Shown in pieces: positions 11,770 through 25,143 of a stretch of 64,000 nucleotides of DNA (the first letter of the stretch is position 1; the number at the start of each line of letters is the position of its first letter). Origin of the DNA: Raja brachyura (Eukaryota); contig OY740785.1 in the NCBI GenBank assembly GCA_963514005.1, positions 20,708,001-20,772,000 on the forward strand, in the 5' to 3' direction. The notes below the pieces were generated by a model. That model worked only from the letters and a program-made list of their open reading frames with translations. It did not search any database and was not told the DNA's origin. The position numbers and the translations under genes were made by a program.

Positions 11770-13620
11770 AGATACTTTATTAGCGTGCTATCCGGTCAAA
11801 TCATTACTGTACATGAGTACAATCAAGCCAGACACATACAACAGGTAGAGTAAAGAGAAACATTCCATAGTGCAGAATATAGTTTTATAGCATTGTAGCA
11901 TTGCTGTTACTGAGAGAGTGCAGATTGAAAAAAAAGGTGCAAGGGTTGCAAAGTGGTAGGTTGGGGAAAAAATAACTGCACCCTTCGCTTTCGCGATGAC
12001 CATTCAGTATAGTCTGACAGCAGCTGGGAAGAAGCTGTTCCTGAATCTGGTGGTATGTGCTTTCAAACTTATGTACCTTCTGCCAAACTGGAGAGGGGGG
12101 AAGAAATGATGAATGTGACGCAAATCATCATCGTTGAAAACATCAACGGTGCCTTACAATGCTATGTACGACAGTGATCGCAACTTCACTGAATGGTGGT
12201 ACTTTGTGGTGCTGATGCAAATGATCCTTGAATATATTGGTCGCTTTCCCGAGGCAACATGAAATACAGAGGAAATTAAGTTCATAAAATGGGGGGGGGG
12301 GGGGGGGGGGGGTGGCTTGTGTGATGGACTGGACTACATCTACAACTCTGAAATTTCTTGTGGTCTTGGGCTGAGCTGTTGCAAAATCAAGCTGATGCAT
12401 CTTTCTGTGCTGTATTTGTAGAAGTTTATAAGATTCTTTGGAGACATGCTGAACTTCCTTTGACCTATGAGGAAGGTGTTGGCATGCTTTGATGTGTGTA
12501 ACTTCAATGTGGCTGGTCCAGGACATTGTTGGTGATATTTCTGCCTGGGAAATTGAAGCTCTTGGCCGTTTCTTTTCCAGCACTATTGATGCTGAAATGC
12601 TGCATGTACACCACTTCATTTCCTGAAGTCAACAACTACCCCTTTGTCTTGCTGGCATTGAGGGAGAGGTTGTTGTCTTGAAATTGTGATATTAAGCTCT
12701 CTCTCTCTCTCTCCTTCCTGTATTCCTTCCTATCATATATCAAGATCCATCTCACTACAGTGGTGTCATACTTGTCAATGGGAATTTACAATGGAGAGGA
12801 ATTTGGCCATGATTGTATAGGAAATATAGTAAAGGGTTGAGAAGTTGTCCTTGTGGGACCCAGTGCTGAGAATGATCAAAGAGGATGTTTTGTTGCCTGA
12901 TCTCACTGATTGTGGCTTATGGGTCAGGAAATTGTGGAGCAACAGTCAATAACTAGGAGTCTGATGTATGTGTCCTTGTTGTTTTGGTGTGCTCCGGAGA
13001 TGAGTTTAGGGCCAGGAAGATGGTGTCTGCTGTAGACCTGTTGGGATGGTAGGCAAGCTGCAGTGGATTAAGGCTGTCTGGGAGGCTGGAGTTAATTTTG
13101 TGCCGTGACCAGCCTCTCAAAACACTTGGATGAAAACTGTGAAAACATAAGAACACTTGGTTCTCAAAACAGTGGATGCCAGAGCTACTGGTGTAGTGGT
13201 AATTAAGGCTTGTTACCTTACTTTCTTTGGTATTGGGGTGATAGTATGTCTTAACGGATGTGGGAAGTAGAGAGATGTTTAAGATGTTTGTGAATACCTC
13301 TGTCACCTGGCCTGCGCCGTTTCTGAGGATGCTTTGGGGACTCTGTCCCTTTCCGTGGGATCGCTTTCACGAAGGCTGATCAGACGTCTGCGACAGTAGC
13401 CATGGAAACAGGTGCATCTTGGTATATTGGGGTGGATGACGTCATTCCACTGACATTTTGTTTGAAACGTGAATTGAATACATTGAACCTATAGGATAGT
13501 AAACGTTGTCAGTGTAGCTGTGTGACTTAATTTTGTAGTCCGCTACAGAATGGAAGCCTTGCGCCATCGACGGGCGTCTGTCTGGTTATCCTGCATCAGC
13601 AGATCCAAAATGGTACTCAA
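11770..13620 (-). mobile_element. Degenerate Rex1/Babar LINE
   Basis: VFTNILNISL, LNPLQLAYHPNRSTADTI, CCLGKATNIFKD blocks match the intact ORF at 33295-34548 and other Rex1 3' ends. Confidence 0.8.
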
Positions 13621-15829
13621 GAGTTAGTCACTATGACATCTATTTCAGTATTCAATGTTCTAAATGTATTTCAAGCACTGAGTTGTCAGCCAAGTAAGCA
13701 AAGGACATTTTCCCAATCATTTTGAAGTATGGTAACACCATGGTTATGATGCTGGACTATTATTGAAATGTTCATAACATTTACCTAGAAAAGTAAATAA
13801 ATCTCGGACAACTGAAGAAGTTAAATTCCAGTGATTAAATTTGTGATATGACAAGTTACATTTGGTAATTATGTTTATTTTAATGTATGTCCTCTGGTTA
13901 TTGACTCTTTCTTTCTGTGGCATCCATTCACAGGATAATGGAGTATATCTGCAGTTCTTTACAGAGAAGAAAGTTGCATGGAGTATTCCAGGCGAGGCAT
14001 TGCTGAAGAATTGTACTATCTTAGCAAGAGTTCCATGTTTGGGAATCCAGCCCTCTTACAATAAAAGCTGATAATTTATAAACCTTCCTATTTACTTTCT
14101 GTAGGGGTTGCACAAATACAGCAAGATCATTTGGAACCTCATTATTGGCTTCTTTTAAGTGTTTTTATCTTTCCAAAATTTTTATCATGTACTTCATCTA
14201 TCATCCTACTGCCCATTTGCCTAATCTGCCTCTATGCCTTTGGAGGCTCTTTGTCTCTGCCTGACAGCTTTCTTTCATCTAGTTCTCCCTTTGGCACCCT
14301 CAGGGAGCAGTATGCCAATCTGAAAATGGCCTAGATACTCTTTGCCCTTTTAACTAAGCCTCTATTCCTAATCTCTTAGCCTATGATTTATATAACACTT
14401 TGCGATGTATTTCGAAAATCTAGATGTACTTCATACACTAGTTCCTACGTAGCCGTCTTGCTAGTTATACCCACAAACTCTTCCATAGCTGTTAAGCAGA
14501 ATTTCCCTTTCAATATACTGAATGCCTCAGAATTTTAGGTTTTGCCGTGTTCCTTGTTAGTATCAGTTTCCATTTACTTATAATGTATTCTATCTGCCAT
14601 GTTTTGGCGCATTTCAATGGTGCACGCCACTTCTTTGTTAACTTTGTTTGCAAATGTGTGCTATTTGTAAGATGAAATTATGTTGTGTTTTACCACATCC
14701 AGGGGGTCATTATGCAGTAAAGTAATCTTTAGACTGGCCCATGGGATACATCGGGGAGCAATGAAATTCCTTGTTCACGTAGAGCTCACAAAAATAAACA
14801 CCATATGGTTTTGATAAATAATCCTATCAGGACAAAAACTGATGCAGTGTTGAGGCCTGAAAGGACAACTATCCCTTTGTTTCCACTTGACTCGCTGAGT
14901 TCCTCCAGTGTTCTGATTTTTGGCTCAAAGTACTTTATTGGCTGTAAGGCTTTTTGTGCCACAATGTTGTTGACAACCATAAGATATAAACGCAGGTCCA
15001 TATGGACTCTTAATTTATACGTTATGTTTGATGTCAGGAATAAATGCCAGATAATTTAAGCCATGATAAGCAGAAAGCGGGCTTGGAACATGTAGGAGGA
15101 CTGAGTCAGAAATGAGGTTCTTTGAGGTTTGGAAGCAAGGTAAGGGATTTATTTGAAAGGTAAGATGTAATTGCGGAGTTAAGCACATTGATGATTGATG
15201 ATTTTTGAAGCGTTGGTGGTCCTGAGGCTAATAGAGGGTTGCATACATTGATGGTTGAGAATCTTTTTGGTGGCTCGGGTGCTTCTGTTGCATTGCTGCA
15301 TTGTTTGGTTTGTCATTTACACAGTCCATTTAGATGTGTAATTGAAAACTTTGAGGAAGATGAAACGGATAAAGTTAAACCAACTTGCACATAAACAAGG
15401 ATCTAAAGCTGTCGATTTTTATTATTGTGAAGAAACTGTGCTGAATGAGTGTGACTTTGTTTATTGACATTGGGATTCTTGTTATTCTCTGGTGTTTACA
15501 TTTTTAGGCATTCACCTTCAAGGTGAATTTCCTGACAAGTAAATAAATCTTGATTGAATTCTGAACTTTAATTTCTTGCCATGTTATAAGCTGATATTTT
15601 TGGTGATACAATTTCATGTCGGTTTGTTCCACGTTATGACTGGCATAAAGGTGTTGCTCTATTGCTCACTATTTGGTTTCAACTTCTATTTTATGCTAGT
15701 TGTCTGCGTGCAGCACCAGTGCATCAGGTGATGGACAGCTGAGCAGAAAAAGGTGACTAAGTAATCTTTTGTGGTACTTATGTTTTCTATTTAAAGGAAG
15801 TGGAGTTTCATTATTCCTCCCCCCTCAAG

Positions 15830-16263
15830 GTTTATATTCCTATTGTGTAAACTTCGACAGACGCCTTTAAAATGGATTTTGATAATGGCAGACATACCTG
15901 CCGACGCCAGGCTCTCTCCCCTCTCACCAGCTGCCGCTTCTTTTTGTTGGCCATTGCTTTGGCCACTCTGCCTCTTCACTCTCTCCCCCCCCCCCCGCCC
16001 CCCCGTCGCTCTGTCTCCACTCTGCATCTCTCCCCCTCACCACCGCCACCACCTTCTCCTTCTCCCCATGAGTCGCTGACATAGTCCACCTTGGAAAATG
16101 TCGGCAATCGTGGGGATGAAGGAGGAGGAGTCGGCGGGGGAGCGGATAAAGCGATGAGTAAGAGGGGGGGGGGGATTACCATGGTGACCGACCATCTCAA
16201 ATAATCAGCAATAACAGATACCATATACCTCCCTATGGCCTGTTATAACAAGGATTTACTGTA
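15830..16263. mobile_element. Probable pogo/Tigger-type MITE remnant with GC-rich low-complexity interior
   Basis: Right end GTTATAACAAGGATTTACTG followed by TA resembles a Tc1/pogo terminal repeat; no left end seen. Confidence 0.4.
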
Positions 16264-16889
16264 CATTATATTCACCTTGTGTTAGGCTGTATAATTTTGC
16301 CTTTAAGAGTTCTAGATTGGATGGGAACTGTGCGAGAACTTTCTTTAAAAGTATTTTCACAACCGTGCAAATGATCATATGATAGGAAGAGTGATCCATG
16401 TCCATGCTTTTTTGTGACTGGTGGAATGTCCCAGCACCTCTACAAAGTTTAAGAACTAGATTGACTTATAGCACCAATAGTGTTCCATGAATTGTTTATA
16501 TGTGTACTGTACATTTTGTACACCAAAAAGCAATGATCATACCCAATGGGCATTTCTCTTCTACCTGGGAAAAGATACAGTGAATTTTGCTCATGGTTAT
16601 TTGATTACTTTCTGGTACTTGTGTTATTGGTTTTAATATTCTGATCCATATAAATATGTTTAAAGCATGATATGCTGGTTAATCTGCATTTATGCAAGTT
16701 TCATCTTTTCAGTAGGTTTAATTGTTATGCTCAACACAAAATGTGCGGGCAACTTGGCAGGTCAAGCATCATCGAGTAGGGAATGGACAGATGACCATTT
16801 GGGTCGGGACCAGGTATATTTGCTTCCTCCACCACCCTGGCTGGCAGCGCATTCCGAGCACCCATCACTCTGTTTTTAAAAAAAATCAA

Positions 16890-17815
16890 ACGTTTCCTCG
16901 CACATCTTCCCATTCTCACCGTAACGCAGTGAATGCCCTCAGAATGGGAAGATGGTATTTGACATTTGACAATGGTATTTGACATTTCCACTGTAGAGGG
17001 GAAAAAAGGTTCTAACTGTCCACCCTGTCAGTACTTCTCATAATTTTGTAAGCTTCAATCAGGTCTCCCCTCAGCCTCGGATGCTCCAGGAAAAGCAATC
17101 TATGTTTGTCTAACTGCTCTTTACAGCTCATACCCTCTAATTCTGACAGATCCTGAACCACCTCTTCAGCACCTTCTCAAAAGCTTCCACATGCTTCCTG
17201 TTATGGGGTGCCCAGAACTGTGCACAAATGCAGCCAAAACAAACTTTTATAAAGCTATAAAATGATTCTTGTTCTCAAAGCCCAGGCCAATGAAGGCAAA
17301 CATACTGTATGCTTTCTTGACTATTTGTGTTGTAACTTTCAGGGGGCTGTGGACTTGGATCCCAAGATCCCTCTGTATATCAATGGGGTTAAGGATCTTG
17401 CCATTAACAAAATCCATTGTCCGTACAGTTGACCTCCCAAAGTGCAACATCTCACACTGTTTCTGATGATACTCCACCTGCCATATCTGTAACTGATCCT
17501 ACTGTGTATATAGCACCCATACTCCACAACCCCACCAATAAACAACTGGAATAACAACCTTTCACCACAACCTCTGTCTTCTATGGCAATGCCATTTCTG
17601 AATTTAAACTATTGTCATCATGTATCCCATGAATTATTTTTTTTTTAGATCAGCCTATCATGAGGGTCCTTGTCAAATATCTCACATTGTCAAATGTCCA
17701 TGTAGATGATATTCGCTGCCTTGCTCTCATCAATCAATCAAAAAAAAAGTCAGTCAACTTAGTCAGACGTGACGTACCCTGTCCAAGGCCATGCTGTCTC
17801 TAATCTGCCCGTTTA
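16890..17815 (-). mobile_element. CR1 LINE fragment
   Basis: KQCEMLHFGR, QRDLGIQVH, VKKAYSMFAFI blocks. Confidence 0.8.
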
Positions 17816-17874
17816 AAAAAAAAAAAAAAATTAATTCAATATGTTGGAATTTAAATATTTGGCCTCATGAAATA

Positions 17875-18338
17875 AGTCAATCACCCATTCTGAACCCAAT
17901 TGAGCATGCCCTTTATATGCTGAAGAGAGAACTGAAGGGGACTAGCCCCCAAAACAAGCATAAGCTAAAGATGGCTGCAATACAGGCCTGGCAGAACATC
18001 ACCAGAGAAGACACCCAGCAACTGGTGATGTCCATGAATCACCGACTTCAAGCAGTCATTGCATGCAAAGGATATGCAACAAAATACTACTTTCATTTAC
18101 ACGACATTGCTGTGTCCCAAACATTATGGTGTCCTGAAATGGGGGGACTATGTAAAAACACTGCTGTAATTTCTACATGGTGAAACCAAAATGTATAAAA
18201 ATACCCTTTATTAAAATCTAACAATGTGCACTTTAACCACATGTGATTCTTTTTCTATTACAAATCTCAAATTGTGGAGTACAGAGGCAAATAAATAAAT
18301 GATGGGCCTTTGTCCCAAACATTACAGAGGGCACTGTA
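17875..18338 (+). mobile_element. Tc1-like transposon right end (IR/DR type), truncated transposase
   Basis: SPILNPIEH...LQAVIACKGYATKY is a Tc1 DD34E C-terminus; TGTCCCAAACATTA repeated at about 18113 and 18311; ends GGGCACTG followed by TA. Confidence 0.9.
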
Positions 18339-21300
18339 TAAATCAAAACTTTAAAAAAACTACCAGGGTTTACAGTTTTTATGTATGTTATTGCGTATTC
18401 AAATAGATCTAACTTTAGATATTTTATTCCTGCCCTCCTTTTACTTATGCACATATTCCTTTGTGCACGTAGGATTGGCAGTAGGAAAAAAACACTTATT
18501 TCTAAATTATCTTTAACAAGCTCAGGACATCTTAAAGCAGTTTACAGCCTCCTGACAGCACTCTGGCTATACCTTTACCTCATGGACTGCAGCAGTTCCT
18601 GAAAGCAGCTGCCCACCACCTTCTCAAGGACTATTATGAGTGGGCAATTAAATGCCGGCTCGGCTTGTGAAGCTCACATCCCTTGAATGAATAACAAAAA
18701 CTTCTTGGGATGTTACTTGGCGTCATGGATGACTTGTTTCCATTGCATTTCTGATGTGACTGAGTCCTATTCAGGATTTACAGACCCTCTTATGTGGGGC
18801 AGGTATAGTAACACTGGGTGGTTGTGTCGATGGGATCATTGCTTGCTGGTGTTGCAACCTACACTGATGCCTCCTTTATCATCCACAAGGCTACAGTCGC
18901 AGGATGCTGATTGGGAGAATTCAACTTGACTTGGGGAAGCTGACATCTGTTGTTGCTCTGGTTGAAACTGTTGGAATCTGTGTAATGCTGAGTGGTACTT
19001 GTGCATGGGGAAACTTTATTTTATTGGTTTATTTGTTGAATTTCTTTCTTTGCTAAATAAACAGTCTGCCCATTGTGGGCATATCATGTCTTTTTCTGAA
19101 AGCCTGATATTAAATGCTGGAAAATGTATTAATCATCCAGTGGAAATGTTTCATTATCTTGGTTCTAAATTATAAATAGTTGCATTTAGGTTCTTGGAAA
19201 ATAATTTTAGAATTACATTTGATGGAAATCTGAAATGAAAATAGAAAATTACAGAAACACTCAACAGATTGGGCAACATATGGGTAAATAGAAAGAGTTT
19301 ATATTTCACATTGATGAACTTTCCTCAGAACTCTGTTTCTCTGTTCACTGTTTCCAATATTTTCTGTTTTTAATTTCTAATGTTCTTATTTGTGACTCTT
19401 CTATCTTGTTGCTAGTTGAGTGATAAATATTATTGCAAAACACTAGCTTTGTAGAATATGGTTCTGATTAAATCAGTATGTTCAAGAAAATAAATTATTA
19501 ATGTAAGAACCTTCAAAAGCCACTGACTCCACTCATGACCGCAGTTTAAAGGGGAAGCTCACTCAATGAATCCAAGAAAAGGATAGTTCCTGAGCAATAA
19601 TCACTTCTGCTATCAGGGATCTCTAGCGAAGACAAATGCAAGAGTATCTTCACTCTTTAAGGCCCTTGAGAAGTCAATACAATGGGTGAAAAATTAAATA
19701 CCAGCTCAGCCTGTGCCCCTTCTAATCGCCTGTTTGAGTACTAACCTCTTTTCGTTATATTATTTTTAAAAATATTCCTCAAAAGTCCTGCCTGATTATA
19801 ACCTCTTAAACCTTGCAGGCTCTTCATTTATATTTATGACCCAATTTACAACTTCTGGTCATCCAGAGTTTGCTTACTTTGCCATCCTTACGCCTCTTCC
19901 TCACTGAATATCGATCAACTGGTCTATAAAACAACTCCCACATGCCAGTAATGGATTTGTCCAATAACAATTGCTCCCAGTGTACCATTGTAGTTTGTCC
20001 TAATCTAATTTGGCACCTTCCGGCAAGGTCCAGTCTTCTCCTTATTCAAAACAATGAAAAAAAGCTTGAGGTGTGATCACTATTCCTCAAATTTTGAGAG
20101 GATGCCGAGAAAAAATGTAGTTGTAAGCGAAGAGTGATTAAATAATATAGTTTTGAAACAATGGATATTTGGAGATTTCTTTTGTCAAAATTGTAGGGTT
20201 GAGACAAAGTAAATTGGAAGGATGACTATTTTCAGGATGATAAATAACTTGGAAATAATTCTAAGGTAATTGCTGGATTAATTAATTGCGAGTTGGACAA
20301 TGTTTTTATGTAATAGCGATATTAGTCTGAATCCACTGCCAAAAACGTGATAGAATCATTAATCTTCAACAGAACTTGTATGTCATAAATTATCTAGATG
20401 TAAATGTAGATGGGTTGGTGAATAAGTTTGCTGACAACACCAAAAGTGGAGGAGTTGCAGACAATGAGGAAGGCTATAAGTAGATACAGTGGGATATAGA
20501 TTAGCTGCAGATATGGGCGGAGACATGGCAGATGGAGTTTAACCCCGGCAAGTGTGAGGTTTTGCACTTTGGGAGATTGAATGTAATGAGAGAGTGTACA
20601 GTCAATAGCAAGACCCTTAACAGCATAGATTGTGAAGAGGGATCTTGGAGTCCGAGTTCATAGCTCACTAAAGGTGGCAGAGCAAGTAGATAGAGTGTTA
20701 AAGAAGGTGTATTGTATACTTGTCTTCATTGCTAGGGGCATTGAATTTAAGAGTCAGGAAGTCATGATGCAACTGTATATGACTTTGGTTCGGCCACATT
20801 TGGAGTCTTGCATGCAGTTCTGATCGCCCCATTACAGGGCTCGAAATTTGCGGTTGTCCGGTTGCCAATGGCAACCCACAGCCCCGCCGGGCAACCTAAA
20901 AGCCATGCAATTTTTCTTGTGCTCTCTGCGTCCAGTCTCCACCCACTGTCCAAGTCTCGGGTCTCTGCCTGCTCCTCATCCGCCAGCACGGCTGGCATCA
21001 AAAATCCTATAGCGAGGATTTCTGGCCAGCACATCGGCTGTGGTTATGCGCATGTGCCGCCCTGCGCATGCGTGCTGCAACTAGTCGGCGTCGGCCACTT
21101 TCTCCCTCTCTTTGCATAGTGGGAGATCTGGCTGCCATTGCTGTCCACTCACCGCGACCACTGAAAACCAACTCCGAATCACTCCCTGGTGCTGGAGTAA
21201 TTCCCTGGAGTAACTCTTGCGTCTTGGTTTCCTGGTCCTCCAATGCAGCAAGCAAGAATTTAATTGTCCTATCTGGGACACATGACAATAAAATTCTCTT

Positions 21301-21954
21301 GACTTGGACTTAAACAAAAAAGGGGTCTTGGGGGGGAAAAAAAGGAGCTACCTTAAATTTAATTGCTTCTGGTTGGGTACCTATAGTAGGGTGAAGACTA
21401 TTCCATGCTTTAATTGTGCGGCGGAACTCCATGGAGCAGCCAGCATCTCTGGATAGAAGAAATTGGGTGACGTTTCAGGTGGAGACCCTTCTTTAGATTT
21501 CCTCGGGTTTTAGTATTTTAGTTTAATTTAAGCATACAGCGTGGAAACAGGCCCTTCGGCCCACCGAGTCCACATTGACCACCGATCACTAGTTCTATCC
21601 CACACATTAGCGACGCAAGTCAAGAGTGTTTTATTCTCTCATGCCCCAATGAAATCCTTACTTGCAGCAGCACAACAGAATATGTAAACAATGTTATAAA
21701 CGAGAAAACAAAACTGTGTATATTTATATATGAATATATAACTACACACACACACACAATTTCCCTCCTGGGATTAATAAAGTTCTATCGTATAGTATCG
21801 TGTGTGTAGGAAAGAACTGCAGATGCTGGTTTAAACTGAAGATAGACACAAAAAGCTGGAGTAACTCAACAGCTCAAACAGAATCTCTGGACAAAAGGAA
21901 AATATTACGTTTTGGGTTGGGTCTGAAAAAGGTTCCTGCACACCTTTGGAATGT

Positions 21955-22415
21955 GGAAGGGAACAAGATCGGGTAGATGCACAGAGTGTTTTGCTCAGAG
22001 TTGGTGAATCGAGGACCTGAGGACAAAGGTTTAAGGTGAAGTGGAAAAGATTTAATAGAAATCTGAGGGGTGAACTTTTCACACAAATTGTGGTGGGTGT
22101 ATGGAATGAGCTGCCAGAGGAGGTAGTTGAGGCTGGGACTATGCCAACATTTAAAAAAAAACTAACTACTAGACAGGTACATGGCTAGGACAGGTTTGGA
22201 GGGATATAGGCCAAATTCCTGCTGGTGAGACTAGTGTAGATGGGACTTGTTGGCTGGTGTGGGCGAGTTGGGCCGAAGGGCCTGTTTCCGCACTCTACCA
22301 CTCTATGACTCTAAGCAGAGAAAGGTAGGGAATGGTGTAGATGGGACATGTTGGCTGGTGTGGGCGAGTTGGGCCGAAGGGCCTGTTTCCACACTGTATC
22401 ACTCTATGACCCTAT
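21955..22415 (+). mobile_element. CR1 3' end with tandemly duplicated terminal 80 bp
   Basis: GTGTAGATGGGAC-TGTTGGCTGGTGTGGGCGAGTTGGGCCGAAGGGCCTGTTTCC occurs twice (about 22235 and 22336). Confidence 0.8.
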
Positions 22416-22417
22416 AA

Positions 22418-22925
22418 GAGCACCCGGAGAAACCCCGAGCAATCAAAGGGAAAAGGAGCAAACTCCCTGCAGACAGCACCCATATTCAGGATCAATTCCG
22501 GGCCTCTGGCAATTTTAGGCAGCAACTTTATGGCCAATGCACTGACCTGTAGGGTTGAACTGAATGAAAACATACAGTAGCTGTAAAGGGGGACATAGCA
22601 TCACTTAGAGATTTAAGACTGAAAATGGATAGTTTCTTTTTTTTTTTAGTAACCAAAGTTATCAACGTATAATTTTTATGTGTGTTGGAAAATAAAATAT
22701 AGTGGCACAGCTGGTGGACTTGCTGCTCACACGCCAGGGATCTGTGTTTGATCCTGTTCTCGGGCACTGTCTGTGTTGAATTAGACATTCTCCCTGCAAG
22801 CATGTGGGTTTCCTCCCACATCCCAAAGATGCATTGGCTTTGTAGGTTAACTTGTCTCTGTAAAATTGCCCCTAATGTGTAGTGAGTGGGTGAGGAAAGT
22901 GGGATAACAGAACTAGTGTGAATGG
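22418..22925. mobile_element. Two tRNA-derived V-SINE/HE1-like copies (- 22418-22545, + 22702-22925)
   Basis: tRNA-like head GTGGCACAGCTGGT...TTTGATCC and core GGTTTCCTCCCACATCCCAAAGA. Confidence 0.7.
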
Positions 22926-22929
22926 GGAG

Positions 22930-24045
22930 CCAAAAATGCTGGAGAAATTCAGCGGGTGAGGCAGAAAATAGGCGATGTTTTGGGTCGAGACCCTTCTTCA
23001 AACTGATGTGAGGGTGCAGGGGGTGGGAAGAAGAAAGGAAGAGGCAGAGACAGTGGGCTGAGGGAGAGCTGGGAAGCGGAAGTGAAAGCAGGGACTACCT
23101 GAAATTGGGGGTCAATTTTCATACAGCTGGGGTGTAAACTGCCCAAGCAAAATATGAGGTGCTGCTCCTCCAATATGTGGTGGGCCTCTCTCTGGCCATG
23201 GAGGAGGCCCAGGACAGAAAAGTTGAATTCGGAATGGGAGGGGGAGTTGAAGTGCTGAGCCACCAGGAGATCAGGTTGGTTATTGCGAACCGAGCGGAGA
23301 TATTGGGCAAAGCGATCGCCAAGCCCATGCTTGGTCTCACCGATGTAGAGCAGCTGACACCTAGTGCAGCGGATGCAATAGATGAGGTTGGAGGAGGTGG
23401 ACGTGAACCTCTGCCACACCTGGAAAGAAGACTTGGGTCCTTGAATGGAGTGAAGGGGGGAGGTAAAATGACAAATGTAGCACTTCCTGCGGTTGCAAGG
23501 GAAAGTGTCAGGAGAGGGGGTGGTTTGGGTGGGAAGGGACGAATTGACCAGGGAGTTACAGAAGGAGCGGTCTCTGCGGAAAGCCGACTGGAGAAGATCG
23601 GAAGATGTGGCCAGTGGTGGGATCCCGTTGGTAGACAAAGCTGGAGAAAATCAGCAGGTGAGGCAACATCTATGGAGCGAAGGAATGGGCAACGTTTCGG
23701 GTTATCATTCAGACCGATGTCGGGGGGGGGGGGGGGGTCGGGAAAAAGAAAGCAAAAGGCGGAGACAGTAGGCTGTGGGAGAGCTGGGAATGGATGGGGA
23801 AGAAGGGAGAAAGCAAGGACTACCTGAAATTGGAGATATCAATGTTCATAGCGCTGGGGTGTAAACTACCCAAGCAAAATATGAGGTGCTGTTCCTCCAA
23901 TTTGCGGTGGAGGAGGCCCAGGACAGAAAGGTCGGATTTGGAATGGGAGGGTGAGTTGAAGTGCTGAGCCACCGGGAGATCAGGTTGGTTATTGCGAACT
24001 GAGTGTAGGTGTTGTGCAAAGTGATCTCACTTGGTCTCACTGAGG
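22930..24045 (-). mobile_element. Penelope-like retroelement, partial tandem with GIY-YIG endonuclease
   Basis: ORF 22949-23638 contains CxxxxCxxC, NLIYCIRC...LYIGET, VAQHFN and EEQHLI; terminal region repeated in direct orientation at 23630-24045. Confidence 0.9.
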
Positions 24046-24537
24046 TTGATCATAGGCTGAATAATCCAACCAGATTTTTGTTTGGAAGTGGAAAGAACTA
24101 ATAGAAATTGCAGTCATTGCAACGTGTAAAAGGAAATGAGATCCAGTATTATCATTTTGCTGCATGTCATTGTGGTATATATCATGTCTTGATTGGTGAA
24201 TAAGTTTAGCTAGTGACTTTATTTGAAACAGAAATAATGTGAATGCTTCATGGACCTTAATTCTGACTAGTAACTACACACTTCGTCCGAACCAATTATC
24301 GCGCATGTCATGCAAGCCGTCTTAAATGACCACCTAAACTGTCATTTGGCAACCTAAAAAGCTGCCGAGGTTGCCCGGCTGGCAACAGGGAAATAAAGTT
24401 ATGCGAGAGCCCTGCATTATAGGAAGGATGTGGAGGCTTTGGAGAGGGTGCAGAGGACGTTTATCAGAATGCAGCCTGGATTAGAGGGTTTCAGCTACAG
24501 GGAGAGGTTGGATCGACGGGTTGTTTGCTCTGGAGCA

Positions 24538-25143
24538 CAGAAAAATAGGTGCAGGAGTTGGCCATTTGGCCCTTTGAGCCAGCACCATTCAATATGATCA
24601 TGGCTGATCATCTAAAATCAGTACTCCGTTCCTGCTTTTTCCCCAATATCCCTCGATTCATTAGTCCCAAGAGCTAAATCTAACTCCCTCTTGAAAACAT
24701 CCAGTGAATTGGCCTCCACTGCCTTCTGTGGCAAAGAATTCCTCAGATTCACAACTTTCTGAAAAAGTTTCTCGTCATCTCAGTTTTAAATGGCTTACCC
24801 GATGTTCGTAAACTGTGACGCCTGGTTCTGGACTCCCCCAACATCGGGAACATTTTTCCTGCAATCCTGTCCAATCCTTTAAGAATGTTATATGTTTCTT
24901 TAAGATCTCTTCTCATCCTTCTAAATTCCAGTGAATACAAACCCAGTCTTTCATCATAGGTCAGTCCTGCCATCCCGGGAATTAACCTGGTGAACCTACA
25001 CTACATTCCCTCAATAGCACCAATGTCCTTCCTCAAATTTGGAGACCAAACTTGCACACAATACTCCAGGTGCGGTCTCACCAGGGCCCTGTACATCTGC
25101 TGTAGGACCTCCTTGCTCCTAAACTCAAATCCTCTCGCAATGA
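24538..25143 (-). mobile_element. Young CR1 3' end nested in the opposite orientation
   Basis: [25 protein letters not shown]; same subfamily as 27031-27490. Confidence 0.85.

Larger units (their letters stand above)
20835..24414. mobile_element. Non-autonomous composite DNA transposon, 8-bp TIR CAGGGCTC, 5-bp TSD CATTA (hAT-like)
   Basis: CATTA|CAGGGCTC ... GAGCCCTG|CATTA splits a CR1 precisely; GGCAAC/GTTGCC subterminal repeats at both ends. Confidence 0.85.

Noticed and set aside
13900-14071. Possible terminal exon (pyrimidine tract-CAG, open frame, AATAAA)
   Set aside because: Peptide not recognised and such signals are common by chance
23159-23827. 222-aa plus-strand ORF
   Set aside because: Antisense shadow of the Penelope GIY-YIG ORF
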